Below are positions 32,645 to 42,728 of a DNA stretch of 64,000 nt, one piece after another. Every line of letters begins with the position of its first letter. Position 1 is the stretch's first letter. A model generated the notes under the pieces. That model searched no databases. It had not been told where the DNA came from and was given only the letters and a program-made list of their open reading frames with translations. Origin of the DNA: Alcaligenaceae bacterium (GTDB lineage Bacteria; Pseudomonadota; Gammaproteobacteria; Burkholderiales; Burkholderiaceae_B); contig JAJUJD010000001.1 of NCBI GenBank assembly GCA_029267315.1, forward strand, positions 5,185 through 69,184, read 5' to 3'. The translations under genes were made by a program, and so were the position numbers.

Positions 32645-34990
32645 ATGGATTCCGTCGCAAAAGATCTCAGCCGTTGTCCCGTCAGCCACAAATCGTCCGG
32701 TGGTAGCTGTCCTCATGCACGCATGGCGGCGGAGTTCAACCCTTTCCAAGATGCGTACATGGAGAACCCTTCGGAGTTTGTCCGTTGGGCGCGCGAGGAA
32801 CTGCCCGTTTTCTACAGCCCGGAGTTGGACTACTGGGTGGTGACGCGATACCAAGCCATCAAGGAGATTTTTCGAGACCCCATCACGTTCAGCCCGTCCA
32901 ATGTGCTGGAGCCTGTCGGATCGCCTCCCCCGGAAGTCAAGGAAATTCTGGGCCAGTACGGCTACGCCATGAACCGGACATTGGTAAACGAAGACGAGCC
33001 CATGCATATGGCCCGTCGCCGCGTGTTGATGGAGCCTTTCACGCCAGAGCATTTGAGAGAACATGAACCCATGGTGCGGCGGCTGGTGACGGAATCCATC
33101 GACGGCTTCATCAACAAGGGCAGGGCAGACCTTGTTCGGGAACTGTTTTGGGACGTCCCGTTCTCCGTGGCCTTACATTTCCTGGGCATTGATGATGCGG
33201 CAGACCGCGCGACCATGAAGCGTTTCGCCATTGCCCATACCGTCAACGCATTCGGCCGCCCGACTCCCGAAGAGCGTGTGGATATTGCCCATACGGTGGG
33301 ACAGTTCTGGCAGTTTTCTGGTGAGGTTCTGGAAAAGATGCGCCAGACACCGGACGGCCCTGGCTGGATGCGCTATTCGATTCGGCAGCAGAAGCTTTAT
33401 CCCGATGTTGTGACGGACTCCTATCTGCATTCGATGATGATGGCCATTATCGTGGCCGCGCATGAAACCACGGCCTTCGCATCGACCAATGCGCTGAAGC
33501 TGCTGCTGGAACATCCCGACGACTGGCGCGACCTCTGCGCGAACCCGGAGCTCATATCGCCAGCCATGGAAGAATGCCTGCGGCATAGCGGTTCAATCGC
33601 ATCTTGGCGGCGACGCACTACGCGGGATGTAACGATAGAAGGAGTGTCCATTCCGTCCGGCGCGCGGCTGTTGCTGGTGGTCAGCTCGGCGAATCACGAC
33701 CCGCGACAGTTCGGTGACCCCGATCTCTTCGACATCCGCCGAGATAACTCTGTGGACCATCTAACCTTCGGATACGGTGCACATCAATGTCTGGGCAAGA
33801 ATATCGGGCGCATGGAAATGCAGATCATGATTGGCGAGCTATCCCGCCGCATGCCGCATATGACATTGGCGCCGCAAAAGTTTGAATACGTCCATAACCT
33901 GGCCTTCCGCGGCCCACGTGCGCTGGTTGTGGAATGGGATCCGGCAAAAAATCCCGAGCGACGAAATCCGGCCATCCGTAAATGGACGCAGGAAGTGCGG
34001 CTGGGTGCGCCCTTGGCGAGAAATGCTGTCCGCAATCTGCGAGTCGAAAGGGTGCGCGAGGTCGCCCGCGACGTCTTGATGCTGCGTCTGGTGTCGCAGC
34101 ATGGTTCCGCCCTGCCGCAGTGGGCGCCGGGCGCGCATATTGATATAGAGTGCGGTGACCCTGGCCTGGCGCGCCAATACTCTCTGTGCGGCGACCCCGC
34201 CGACCGTGCGGCGTGGGAAGTGGCCGTTCTCAAAGACCCGGACAGTCGGGGAGGCTCCGCCTGGATTCACCAGCATGCGAGACCCGGTGCCATACTGCGG
34301 GTGCGCGGGCCTCGAAACCACTTTCACATGGATGAAGCGCATTCGGGCCACTACGTTTTCATTGCCGGGGGTATTGGCATCACGCCCGTAATGGCAATGG
34401 CCAGGCGCGCGCGGGAACTCGGTCGGTCTTACGAGTTTCATTACAGCTGCCGCAGCCGCTTTGGCATGGCTTTCGCCGAGGAACTCGCGCATCTTCATGC
34501 TGAATGTCTTCAGCTGCACATCAGTGAGGAAGGGCGGCGCAATGATTTTCTTGCGCTCTTGTCACGGTTGAAGGGGGCGAATGTTCAAATTTACGCCTGT
34601 GGGCCGTCCCGCATGTTGGAAGCGCTGCAGGAAGCCGTTATTGCAGCTGGGCTACCCGAAGAACAGCTGCATGTTGAGCATTTCAGCAACGATCGGCCCA
34701 AGCTGGACCCAAGCAAAGAACTGCCTTTTGAGGTGGAGCTGCGCAACACCGGGCTCACACTCACAGTTACCAACGAGCATAGTCTGCTGGAGACCTTGCG
34801 GGCTCAGAACGTCGATGTGCAGAGTGACTGCGAGGAAGGCTTGTGCGGCGTATGCGAGGTGGCCGTCCTCGCTGGTGAAGTCGACCACCGTGACAGCATT
34901 CTCAGTCCGGCTGAGCGTCGCGAGAACAAGCGCATGATGGTGTGCTGTTCCCGCGCGAAGAGCGGAGAAAAACTAGTGCTGGACCTTTAA
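32645..34990 (+). CDS. Self-sufficient cytochrome P450, CYP116B-type (heme domain fused to an FMN reductase and a 2Fe-2S ferredoxin)
   Basis: AAHETT I-helix, EECLR, FGYGAHQCLG heme Cys, RQYSL, GGS, AGGIGITP, YACGP and CEEGLCGVC...CC. Confidence 0.96.
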   Translation: MDSVAKDLSRCPVSHKSSGGSCPHARMAAEFNPFQDAYMENPSEFVRWAREELPVFYSPELDYWVVTRYQAIKEIFRDPITFSPSNVLEPVGSPPPEVKEILGQYGYAMNRTLVNEDEPMHMARRRVLMEPFTPEHLREHEPMVRRLVTESIDGFINKGRADLVRELFWDVPFSVALHFLGIDDAADRATMKRFAIAHTVNAFGRPTPEERVDIAHTVGQFWQFSGEVLEKMRQTPDGPGWMRYSIRQQKLYPDVVTDSYLHSMMMAIIVAAHETTAFASTNALKLLLEHPDDWRDLCANPELISPAMEECLRHSGSIASWRRRTTRDVTIEGVSIPSGARLLLVVSSANHDPRQFGDPDLFDIRRDNSVDHLTFGYGAHQCLGKNIGRMEMQIMIGELSRRMPHMTLAPQKFEYVHNLAFRGPRALVVEWDPAKNPERRNPAIRKWTQEVRLGAPLARNAVRNLRVERVREVARDVLMLRLVSQHGSALPQWAPGAHIDIECGDPGLARQYSLCGDPADRAAWEVAVLKDPDSRGGSAWIHQHARPGAILRVRGPRNHFHMDEAHSGHYVFIAGGIGITPVMAMARRARELGRSYEFHYSCRSRFGMAFAEELAHLHAECLQLHISEEGRRNDFLALLSRLKGANVQIYACGPSRMLEALQEAVIAAGLPEEQLHVEHFSNDRPKLDPSKELPFEVELRNTGLTLTVTNEHSLLETLRAQNVDVQSDCEEGLCGVCEVAVLAGEVDHRDSILSPAERRENKRMMVCCSRAKSGEKLVLDL

Positions 34991-35742
34991 GGCGCGCAGT
35001 AGGATGCTTGCTCGGGCATGTCGAGTTCACCCATCATCCATGCCAATAGGCCGTCGACCCAGGTCTGAGCGGGCAGCCCCAGGGCCAACTGTATCTGTGC
35101 AGCCCGCTCCCGTAGTTGGTCGAAGTCGACAGAGGGCGAGCGTTTGAACGCGATGGCCACGATATTGCTGTCGTGAACGACGGGCAGCCAGGCCACCGCT
35201 TCAAAGCAAGCTTCGATTTGGCGAATGTGGCCTGCGTGTTCCGGCCAATCGCAGTAAAGATTGACCGTCATAATGCCTTCCGGCGTGAGACAGCGGGCGC
35301 ATGCCTTATAGAACGCTTCGGAGCTCAGCACTGGTTCATGAGCCTGAGCGTCATAAAGGTCGACCTGCAGTACATCAACGCTCCGCCGACGCTCAAAATC
35401 GCCCACAAATTCGATCGCGTCCATGTTCAGGACGGTCAGGCGCTCGTCATCCTCCGGCAAGGCGAACTGGCTGCGACAGAACTCAATAACTTCGGGGTCG
35501 AGTTCGACTGCCGTTACACGCATTTCGGGCAAGCGGCGATAACAGAACTTGGTGAGCGAGGCGGCACCTAAGCCCAGCTGCACTACGTGGCCTTGCGCCT
35601 CACGGAACAGCAACCACATCATCATTTGCTGCACGTACTCCAGGACGATGTCGTCCGGCCGTTCCAGGCTCATTGCCCCCTGCACGGCAGGAGTGCCAAA
35701 GTGCAGGCTGCGTAAGCCATTGGTTTCCAAAGTCGTAATCAT
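34987..35742 (-). CDS. Spermidine synthase-like SAM-dependent methyltransferase
   Basis: RSLHFG...QGAM, LGLGAASL, VELDPEV and VDLYD. Confidence 0.85.
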   Translation of the reverse strand: MITTLETNGLRSLHFGTPAVQGAMSLERPDDIVLEYVQQMMMWLLFREAQGHVVQLGLGAASLTKFCYRRLPEMRVTAVELDPEVIEFCRSQFALPEDDERLTVLNMDAIEFVGDFERRRSVDVLQVDLYDAQAHEPVLSSEAFYKACARCLTPEGIMTVNLYCDWPEHAGHIRQIEACFEAVAWLPVVHDSNIVAIAFKRSPSVDFDQLRERAAQIQLALGLPAQTWVDGLLAWMMGELDMPEQASYCAP

Positions 35743-35784
35743 GCGGCGATTGTCTCATGCTGAGGCGGCAGCGGCGCAGTGAAG

Positions 35785-35809
35785 AAAAAAACCCGCCGTA
35801 GCGGGTTTT
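35785..35809 (-). terminator. Intrinsic terminator of the 37-aa peptide gene
   Basis: Minus strand reads AAAACCCGC-TACG-GCGGG-TTTTTTT. Confidence 0.8.
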
Positions 35810-35825
35810 AAGAGGGTTCACCAGA

Positions 35826-35939
35826 TTACCGTTTCTGCTGGCTCTGACCAGATTTCTGATCCTTCTGCTGACCTTGCCCCTGCTTTTGATCCTGTTGCTT
35901 GCCGGGGCTTTGTTGGGCGGGTTTTTGCTGGTTGGGCAT
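35826..35939 (-). CDS. 37-aa Gln/Lys/Gly-rich hydrophilic microprotein (absent from the ORF track)
   Basis: MPNQQKPAQQSPGKQQDQKQGQGQQKDQKSGQSQQKR*; GAGGAG SD 6 nt before the ATG; terminator directly after the stop. Confidence 0.75.
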   Translation of the reverse strand: MPNQQKPAQQSPGKQQDQKQGQGQQKDQKSGQSQQKR

Positions 35940-36065
35940 GATGCGCTCCTCGCATGAGACTGAGGCCGGGTGGCTTCTGCTGAAGCTGCCATCGACTTCG
36001 CTCATTTATCACTGAGCATACGGTATGCCTGATGTAGGCTCGAACATGAGGCGTTCAGAAACGGA

Positions 36066-36099
36066 CAAGGGCTTACAGCGAGATCACTGTAAGCCCTTG
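36066..36099 (-). terminator. Hairpin downstream of tRNA-Pro
   Basis: CAAGGGCTTACAG...CTGTAAGCCCTTG, 13-bp stem. Confidence 0.65.
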
Positions 36100-36106
36100 G
36101 AAATAG

Positions 36107-36183
<77 letters not shown>

Positions 36184-36229
36184 ACAAGCCCGTAAATATA
36201 GCACATTCGAAAAAGTGCTGCTTGGGTGC

Positions 36230-37807
36230 TCAGGCTGCGTCGTGCGGCAAAGCTTCTGCATCCCCGCTGACACGCTCTACAAAGACCTTGGCGATGCGCC
36301 GCCCCTCCAGCTGCAAGACGCGGAAGCGCAGTTCATAGCCGCTGTATTGCAGGTTGAAAGTCTCACCCACTTCGGGCAGCTTGCCCAACTGCTGCAATAG
36401 GAAACCGGCCACGGTACTGAAGTCTTCGGTTTCCTGTGACAGGCCTTCGACGTCCAGGGTTTGCTCAAAGTGGTGCAAATCGGTGCCGCCTTCCACCACC
36501 CATTGGTTTTCGCTCTTGACGATTATGTCTGGGGTCTCGTCTTCATCAGGGAAATCACCTGCGATGGCCTCGAATACGTCCATGGGTGTGACCAGACCTT
36601 CGACGGTGCCGAACTCGTTGATAACGATGACCAGCTGCCCCCGCGCTGACTTGAGCGTGTTGATGAGGTCCAGCATGCGCACGGTTTCATGAACAATGAT
36701 GGGCGGACGCAGGCGCTGCTGGTTGATTCTGCCGTCTACGATGAGGTCTGTTATGAGGTCTTTCGCACGGCCGATGCCAACGATTTCGTCCAGGGAACCT
36801 TTGCAAACCGGGTAGAAACCGTGTGGCGTACGATTGATTTCCCCGCGCACCGTCTCGGCATCACTGTCCAGATTCAGCCAGGTGATGTCCGTGCGCGGTG
36901 TCATTACCGAATGCACATTGCGTTCGGCCAAGCGCAGAACGCCGCTGACCATATGGCGCTCTTCCTCGGCGAAGGGGATGGCGTCTTCGCTCGCATGAGA
37001 GGTATCACCGCTATCGGCGTCGCCACCCGTTCTCTTGCCTAGCATGCGCATGACCGCTTCGGCCGTACGCTCCCGCATGGGCCGGTCGGACCTCATCAGC
37101 AGAAGATTGCGGCGAGCCAACTGGTTGAGCGCCTCAATGATGACCGAAAAGCCAATGGCGGCATACAGATAGCCCTTGGGTACCTTGAAGCCAAACCCTT
37201 CCGCGACCAGGGAGAAACCGATCATGAGCAAAAAGCCCAGGCAGAGGATGACAACAGTTGGATGGGCGTTGACGAAGCGGGTAAGCGGTTTCGATGCCAC
37301 CAACATGACACCAATCGCAATGACGACAGCGGCCATCATTACTTCAAGGTGTTCCACCATGCCGACGGCGGTAATGACGGCGTCCAGCGAGAACACCGCA
37401 TCCAGAACCACGATCTGCGTCACGATGATGCCGAAGCTGGCATAGGCAGGCGACTGCAGCACTGCGTGCCGTTTTCCTTCCACGCGTTCATGCATTTCCA
37501 TGGTGCCTTTGAACACCAGGAAGAAACCGCCCAGAATAAGGATCAAATCCCGCCCCGAGAAAGGCGACCCACCGACATGGAATAGCGGCGCCGTTAGGTG
37601 GAACATCCAGGATATGGCAGATAGCAGCCCCAGACGCATGATCAGCGCCAAGGAAAGCCCCATGACCCGGGCCTTATCGCGTTGGTGGGGGGGAAGCTTA
37701 TCCGCCAGAATGGCGATGAAGATGAGGTTATCGATCCCGAGGACGATCTCGAGGATCACGAGAGTCAGCAGGCCGACCCATATGGAAGGGTCCAGCAATA
37801 GCTCCAT
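36230..37807 (-). CDS. TerC family protein with a CBS pair and a CorC domain (YoaE/YegH-like)
   Basis: [42 protein letters not shown] and TVAGFLL. Confidence 0.95.
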   Translation of the reverse strand: MELLLDPSIWVGLLTLVILEIVLGIDNLIFIAILADKLPPHQRDKARVMGLSLALIMRLGLLSAISWMFHLTAPLFHVGGSPFSGRDLILILGGFFLVFKGTMEMHERVEGKRHAVLQSPAYASFGIIVTQIVVLDAVFSLDAVITAVGMVEHLEVMMAAVVIAIGVMLVASKPLTRFVNAHPTVVILCLGFLLMIGFSLVAEGFGFKVPKGYLYAAIGFSVIIEALNQLARRNLLLMRSDRPMRERTAEAVMRMLGKRTGGDADSGDTSHASEDAIPFAEEERHMVSGVLRLAERNVHSVMTPRTDITWLNLDSDAETVRGEINRTPHGFYPVCKGSLDEIVGIGRAKDLITDLIVDGRINQQRLRPPIIVHETVRMLDLINTLKSARGQLVIVINEFGTVEGLVTPMDVFEAIAGDFPDEDETPDIIVKSENQWVVEGGTDLHHFEQTLDVEGLSQETEDFSTVAGFLLQQLGKLPEVGETFNLQYSGYELRFRVLQLEGRRIAKVFVERVSGDAEALPHDAA

Positions 37808-37873
37808 TACGATGTAATCCGGAAACTGAAAGAATCATTATAAAGAGGCGTTTTCAAAAAGCGATCCAGATGC

Positions 37874-37906
37874 TTGACGGGTATTTATGCTCACGTTTAG
37901 CATAAA
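37874..37906 (+). promoter_or_regulatory. Putative sigma70 promoter overlapped by a palindromic operator
   Basis: TTGACG-18 nt-TAGCAT, with TTTATGCT-N7-AGCATAAA at 37884..37906. Confidence 0.55.
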
Positions 37907-37987
37907 GTCCTTGGAGCAAGAGAGGGCGCCTCCGGGTGCACTAATCTCGCGCGCTCGTATTTGAAACCGCATTTCTGGAAGCGGAGC

Positions 37988-39205
37988 ATGATGACTCCCA
38001 TCGCACGGCGCCTCGCGCGACTACTCGTTTTCTCTGTGTCCATGTGGGGCGCCGGGGCTGTTCAAGCGGAACAAGCCATCCGCATTGGCGAGCTGAACAG
38101 CTACAAGACACAACCTGCTTTCCTGGGGCCTTATCGCATGGGCATGGAGCTGGCGGTGGAGCAGATCAATGCGGCGGGGGGAATTGCGGGGCGGCCTTTG
38201 GAACTGATCATTCGCGATGATAATTCCAACCCTGGCGACGCCGTACGTGCGGCCGAAGAACTGGTCACCCGAGAGAAAGTCGACCTTCTGACCGGAACTT
38301 TTCTGTCGAATATTGGCCTTGCGGTGGCCGATTACGCGCGTCACCGGAAGGTATTTTTTCTTGCCAGCGAACCACTGACCGACAAGTTGGTGTGGGAACA
38401 AGGCAACCCTTACACCTTCCGCTTGCGTGCCTCCACCTATATGCAGGTGGCCATGCTCATTCCCGAAGCAGTGAAGATGAACCGCAAGCGCTGGGCAATT
38501 GTCTACCCGAACTACGAGTACGGTCAGTCTGCTGTGGCAACCTTCAAGGCATTATTGAAGGAAGCGCAGCCCGATGTGGAGTTTGTTGCAGAGCAGGCCA
38601 CACCGCTCGGACGAATCGACGCCGGCAATGTGGTCCAGGCGCTCGCAGATGCGAAACCCGACGCACTATTCAACGTGTTGTTTGCGGCAGACTTGGCCAA
38701 ATTCGTTCGTGCCGGCAAACAGCGTCGTTTTCTGGATGGCCTTCCTGCGGTAAGCCTGCTTTCCGGCGAACCGGAATATTTGGACCCCTTGGGCAAGGAA
38801 ACTCCGGAGGGGTGGGTGGTCACAGGCTATCCCTGGTACGCTATCGATACGCCTGAACATCGAGCTTTTCTCGAGGCATACCAAGCTAGGTACAACGATT
38901 ACCCGCGCCTTGGAACCGTTATTGGATACAGCACCATTGTCTCGCTGGCCGAGGGCCTGCGCAAAGCCGGCTCTACGGATACCGACGCATTGATCGAAGC
39001 GTTCCGTGGCTTGCCAGTTACCACGCCCTTCGGGCCCATTACTTACCGACCACAAGATCACCAGTCCACCATGGGAGCTTATGTTGGCCGGCTGGCGATT
39101 CAAGATGGCAAAGGCGTGATGGCCGACATCCAGTACGTTGATGGAGCAAGTGTGCAGCCGCCAGACGATCTGGTCGAACAGTGGCGGCCCGCTGGCACGC
39201 GTTGA
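37988..39205 (+). CDS. LivJ-like ABC substrate-binding protein
   Basis: Signal peptide ending VQA-E, INAAGGIAGR, NYEYG and TPFG...DHQ. Confidence 0.92.
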   Translation: MMTPIARRLARLLVFSVSMWGAGAVQAEQAIRIGELNSYKTQPAFLGPYRMGMELAVEQINAAGGIAGRPLELIIRDDNSNPGDAVRAAEELVTREKVDLLTGTFLSNIGLAVADYARHRKVFFLASEPLTDKLVWEQGNPYTFRLRASTYMQVAMLIPEAVKMNRKRWAIVYPNYEYGQSAVATFKALLKEAQPDVEFVAEQATPLGRIDAGNVVQALADAKPDALFNVLFAADLAKFVRAGKQRRFLDGLPAVSLLSGEPEYLDPLGKETPEGWVVTGYPWYAIDTPEHRAFLEAYQARYNDYPRLGTVIGYSTIVSLAEGLRKAGSTDTDALIEAFRGLPVTTPFGPITYRPQDHQSTMGAYVGRLAIQDGKGVMADIQYVDGASVQPPDDLVEQWRPAGTR

Positions 39206-39238
39206 TCACCGGCCAAAGCTGGCATTGAAGGGGGAGCA

Positions 39239-41122
39239 GTGTCGCTGTCATCTCTGCTGGTTCAGGCGATCAATGGCCTGGCCGAGGCGTCTTCTCTGTT
39301 TCTGGTGGCGGTCGGCCTTTCACTGATTTTTGGCGTCAGCCGTATCGTCAATTTTGCCCATGGTTCTTTGTACATGCTGGGGCTGTACTGCGCTTGGGCA
39401 TTGGTGCAGGCCTTGGGCGAGAGTGTCCTGGGTTTCTGGGGCGGCATACTGGGGGCAGCCGTACTGATCGGCGTGTTGGGTGCGGTCCTGGAAATTTCAG
39501 TGCTGCGCCGCATCTATCGCGCACCTGAAATGTTCCAGCTGCTCGCGACCTTCGCGCTCGTGCTTCTGTTTGACGACATTGCCTTGTGGATGTGGGGCCC
39601 GGAAGATTTACTGGGCCCGCTGGCTCCGAGCCTGGATGGAGCGGTGTCAGTACTGGGCAGCTACATTCCTTCCTATGATTTGCTATTGATTTCCGTTGGT
39701 CCATTGGTCTGGCTGCTTCTGTGGCTTTTGCTGAATCGTAGCCACTGGGGGCGACAAGTTCGTGCCGCTACGCAAGACCGGGAAATGCTCGGTGCACTGG
39801 GGGTCAACCCGGCCTGGCTGTTTACCAGTGTGTTTGCGCTAGGAGCGTTTCTGGCTGGGTTGGCCGGGGCATTGCAGTTGCCGCGGCAACCCGCCAATTT
39901 AGGGTTGGATCTCGCCGTCATCGGTGACGCGTTTGTAGTGGTGGTAGTGGGCGGTATGGGCTCCATTTCCGGCGCGGCGTTGGCGGCAATCATCATTGCC
40001 CAGCTCAAAGCTTTTTGCATTGCCCTGGGAACAGTGGAACTTCTGGGAGTGAGCTTCGCCTTTCCGAAACTCACGCTGGTGGTGGAGTTTTTATTCATGG
40101 CGGTGGTGCTGGTGTTCCGCCCATGGGGACTGCTCGGTAAACCTCTGAGCCTGCCGCGTGTGGCCGCCGGAGCCGAAGCGCCGCTCATCAGGGCTGGGTC
40201 GGGCGCGCGGGGGCTGGGCTGGGCCCTCGCTGCGATCGTGCTCTTGCTACCCGTGCTGGAACCCTGGCTGCCCTATGCCACCGTACTCGCGCAAGATATG
40301 CTGATTGCGGTGATTTTCGCCGTGAGCCTTCATTTCATGATGGGACTGGGGGGCATGGTGTCATTCGGGCACGCGGCGTACTTTGGCTTGGGGGCCTATG
40401 GCGTGGCCCTGGCATTCAAACACTTAGGCTGGGGCATGGGCGCATCGCTGCTCATGGCTCCGCTTTTGGCCGGTTTGGCGGCGCTGTTGTTTGGCTGGTT
40501 CTGTGTGAGGCTGGCGGGGGTGTATCTGGCCATGCTCACCCTGGCCTTTGCGCAGATCGTATGGTCCATCGTGTACCAGTGGGACGCTGTAACTGGCGGC
40601 TCCAATGGGCTGATCGGCGTTTGGCCGGAAGCATGGTTGAGCGGAGACGCCTGGTACTGGTTCGTCGCGCTGATATCCATCGCAGTGGTGTGGGCGGTAC
40701 GTCGTGTGGCGTTTTCGCGGTTCGGTCTGGCACTTCGTGCGGTGCGAGATTCCGTGCAGCGTGCGGATGCGCTGGGCATGAACGTTCGACGCGTTCAGCT
40801 TATGGGCTTTTGTATTGCCGGAGTGCTCGCCGGCGTGGCCGGCGGGCTGTTTGTTTTCTCCAAGGGAGGGGTCTCGCCTGAAACTTTGACGGTCGGCACT
40901 TCTGTCGATGCCTTGGTGATGGTGTTGCTCGGGGGCATTCAACAGCTTGCTGGCCCGGTGGTCGGAGGTATTGCCTTTACTGCCATGCGGGACGTCTTTG
41001 TCGGCATCACCCAATATTGGGGTGCGCTATTCGGCGCGGTCATTCTGTTCATCGTTCTGGTGTTTCCACAGGGTATTGCCGGTCAAGCTGCCCGCTGGAA
41101 CGAGGTTTGGAGGGCGCGATGA
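39239..41122 (+). CDS. Fused LivH-LivM ABC permease
   Basis: GLSLIFGVSRIVNFAHG, followed by GMVSFGHAAYFG and TGGSNG. Confidence 0.92.
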   Translation: MSLSSLLVQAINGLAEASSLFLVAVGLSLIFGVSRIVNFAHGSLYMLGLYCAWALVQALGESVLGFWGGILGAAVLIGVLGAVLEISVLRRIYRAPEMFQLLATFALVLLFDDIALWMWGPEDLLGPLAPSLDGAVSVLGSYIPSYDLLLISVGPLVWLLLWLLLNRSHWGRQVRAATQDREMLGALGVNPAWLFTSVFALGAFLAGLAGALQLPRQPANLGLDLAVIGDAFVVVVVGGMGSISGAALAAIIIAQLKAFCIALGTVELLGVSFAFPKLTLVVEFLFMAVVLVFRPWGLLGKPLSLPRVAAGAEAPLIRAGSGARGLGWALAAIVLLLPVLEPWLPYATVLAQDMLIAVIFAVSLHFMMGLGGMVSFGHAAYFGLGAYGVALAFKHLGWGMGASLLMAPLLAGLAALLFGWFCVRLAGVYLAMLTLAFAQIVWSIVYQWDAVTGGSNGLIGVWPEAWLSGDAWYWFVALISIAVVWAVRRVAFSRFGLALRAVRDSVQRADALGMNVRRVQLMGFCIAGVLAGVAGGLFVFSKGGVSPETLTVGTSVDALVMVLLGGIQQLAGPVVGGIAFTAMRDVFVGITQYWGALFGAVILFIVLVFPQGIAGQAARWNEVWRAR

Positions 41123-41925
41123 CTACGCTGCTCAAGGTTAGGGGGCTGACGCGCCGATTCGGGGGCAACCTCGCCGTTGATCACATTGATTTCGATGTGC
41201 AGGCCGGTGAAATTCTCGCCCTCATCGGCCCCAATGGAGCGGGCAAATCGACAACCTTCAATATGATCAATGGGCATTTGCGTGCCACTTCCGGCTCTGT
41301 CCAGTTCCAGGGTCACGAGATTGTCGGTATGGCCGCGCACAAAATCGTGCGGCTGGGCATTGGGCGAAGCTTCCAGGTTGCGGCCACATTTGCCTCAATG
41401 ACTGTTTTGCAGAACGTGCAGATGGCTTTGATTGCTGCCCGTCGGCGCGTGTTTTCCTTTTTCGCTCCCGCCGATGACTTTGCTCGTGGTGAGGCCATGG
41501 ACATGCTCGACCAAGTCGGCATGCTGCCCTTGGCTAATCATGTTTGCGCGGATCTCGCCTATGGAGATGTAAAACGGCTGGAACTGGCCATGAGCCTGGC
41601 GGGAAACCCACGATTGCTGCTCATGGATGAGCCGACCGCAGGTATGGCTGCAGCAGAGCGCAACGCCCTGGTTGCCCTGGTGAAGTCAATTGTTAGAGAA
41701 CGCAATATGGGGGTGCTGTTCACAGAACACAGCATGGATGTTGTGTTTGAGCATGCCGACCGAATCATTGTCTTGGCGCGCGGAAGGCTCATAGCTCAGG
41801 GTAGCGCTGCAGAGATACAGGCGCATCCTGAAGTCCGACGCGTGTACTTTGGCGGGACACCTGGTCTGGTTCTGGAGCACACCGGAATCGACGCCGGGCG
41901 GGCCGGTTTGGGAGAAGCGCCATGA
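41119..41925 (+). CDS. LivG-type ABC ATPase
   Basis: GPNGAGKST and DEPTAG; ATGA overlap with the permease. Confidence 0.93.
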   Translation: MTTLLKVRGLTRRFGGNLAVDHIDFDVQAGEILALIGPNGAGKSTTFNMINGHLRATSGSVQFQGHEIVGMAAHKIVRLGIGRSFQVAATFASMTVLQNVQMALIAARRRVFSFFAPADDFARGEAMDMLDQVGMLPLANHVCADLAYGDVKRLELAMSLAGNPRLLLMDEPTAGMAAAERNALVALVKSIVRERNMGVLFTEHSMDVVFEHADRIIVLARGRLIAQGSAAEIQAHPEVRRVYFGGTPGLVLEHTGIDAGRAGLGEAP

Positions 41926-42701
41926 CCCCAGGGCGGTTTGAGTTGGGTCCGCCAGTCTCGGTGGCGGTGCAGCCCGCAGCGACCTTGCTGGAGGTCAAAG
42001 GGCTGGATGCATGGTATGGCGCTGCACAAGTGCTGCGGGGTGTGGATTTACAGGTCGCGCGCGGCGAAGTGGTCGCGCTCATGGGGCGCAATGGGGCGGG
42101 TAAGTCCACCACCATGAAGTCCATTATGGGTATGGTTAAACGCAAGGCCGATGTGCTGACCTTCCGGGGAACGGCAGTCGCTGGCCTGAGGCCTTACGAG
42201 ATGGCGCGCAGGGGAATCGGTTACGTGCCTGAGGACAGGCGCGTGTTTACCGACCTGACCGTCGACGAGAACCTGTCTCTGGGGCGCCTGCCGCCACGTA
42301 GCTGGCCCGACGGCAGGGCTGCCGCGAACTGGAATAAGGAAGACCTGTACGCGCTTTTTGCGCCCTTGGCCCCCTTGCGCAGGCGGCAAGCCGGCACGCT
42401 GAGTGGAGGAGAGCAACAAATGCTCACGGTCGCGCGTACGCTGATGGGCAACCCGTTTCTGCTCCTGCTGGATGAGCCTTCGGAAGGTGTGGCGCCTGTG
42501 GTGGTCGAACAGATGGTGGGCATGATTCACGCGTTAAGGGAAAAGGGCACGAGTATTCTGCTTTCAGAACAGAACCTGCCGTTTGCACGGCTCGTAGCAG
42601 ACCGCGCATATGTGCTGGAAAAAGGCGTGGTCCGCTACGGGGGCAGCATGGAATCTCTGTACACAGACGAAACGCTCAAGCGCAAGTATCTGACCCTTTG
42701 A
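41922..42701 (+). CDS. LivF-type ABC ATPase
   Basis: [17 protein letters not shown] and DEPSEG. Confidence 0.93.
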   Translation: MTPGRFELGPPVSVAVQPAATLLEVKGLDAWYGAAQVLRGVDLQVARGEVVALMGRNGAGKSTTMKSIMGMVKRKADVLTFRGTAVAGLRPYEMARRGIGYVPEDRRVFTDLTVDENLSLGRLPPRSWPDGRAAANWNKEDLYALFAPLAPLRRRQAGTLSGGEQQMLTVARTLMGNPFLLLLDEPSEGVAPVVVEQMVGMIHALREKGTSILLSEQNLPFARLVADRAYVLEKGVVRYGGSMESLYTDETLKRKYLTL

Positions 42702-42728
42702 TTCCATGCTGGCGACCTATCCGGGCAC

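Noticed and set aside
32645-32720. Two Cys-Pro motifs at the P450 N-terminus as novel heme-regulatory motifs
   Set aside because: As I recall, CP-containing leaders are common in CYP116B proteins, so this is not distinctive.
35802-35942. Very hydrophobic plus-strand frame (LPFLLALTRFLILLLTLPLLL...) resembling a type I toxin
   Set aside because: It is the complement of the Gln/Lys codons of the 37-aa gene. An in-frame TAG lies at 35799, and no start codon with an SD precedes the hydrophobic run.
35600-36012. ORF-track entries of 130 aa and 64 aa on the minus strand
   Set aside because: The SD and terminator fit the 37-aa frame; the 130-aa ORF runs through the terminator into the next gene.
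37808-37875. Possible yybP-ykoY manganese riboswitch before the TerC-family gene
   Set aside because: A TATAAT lies only about 30 nt before the start, leaving no room, and no conserved riboswitch core is visible.
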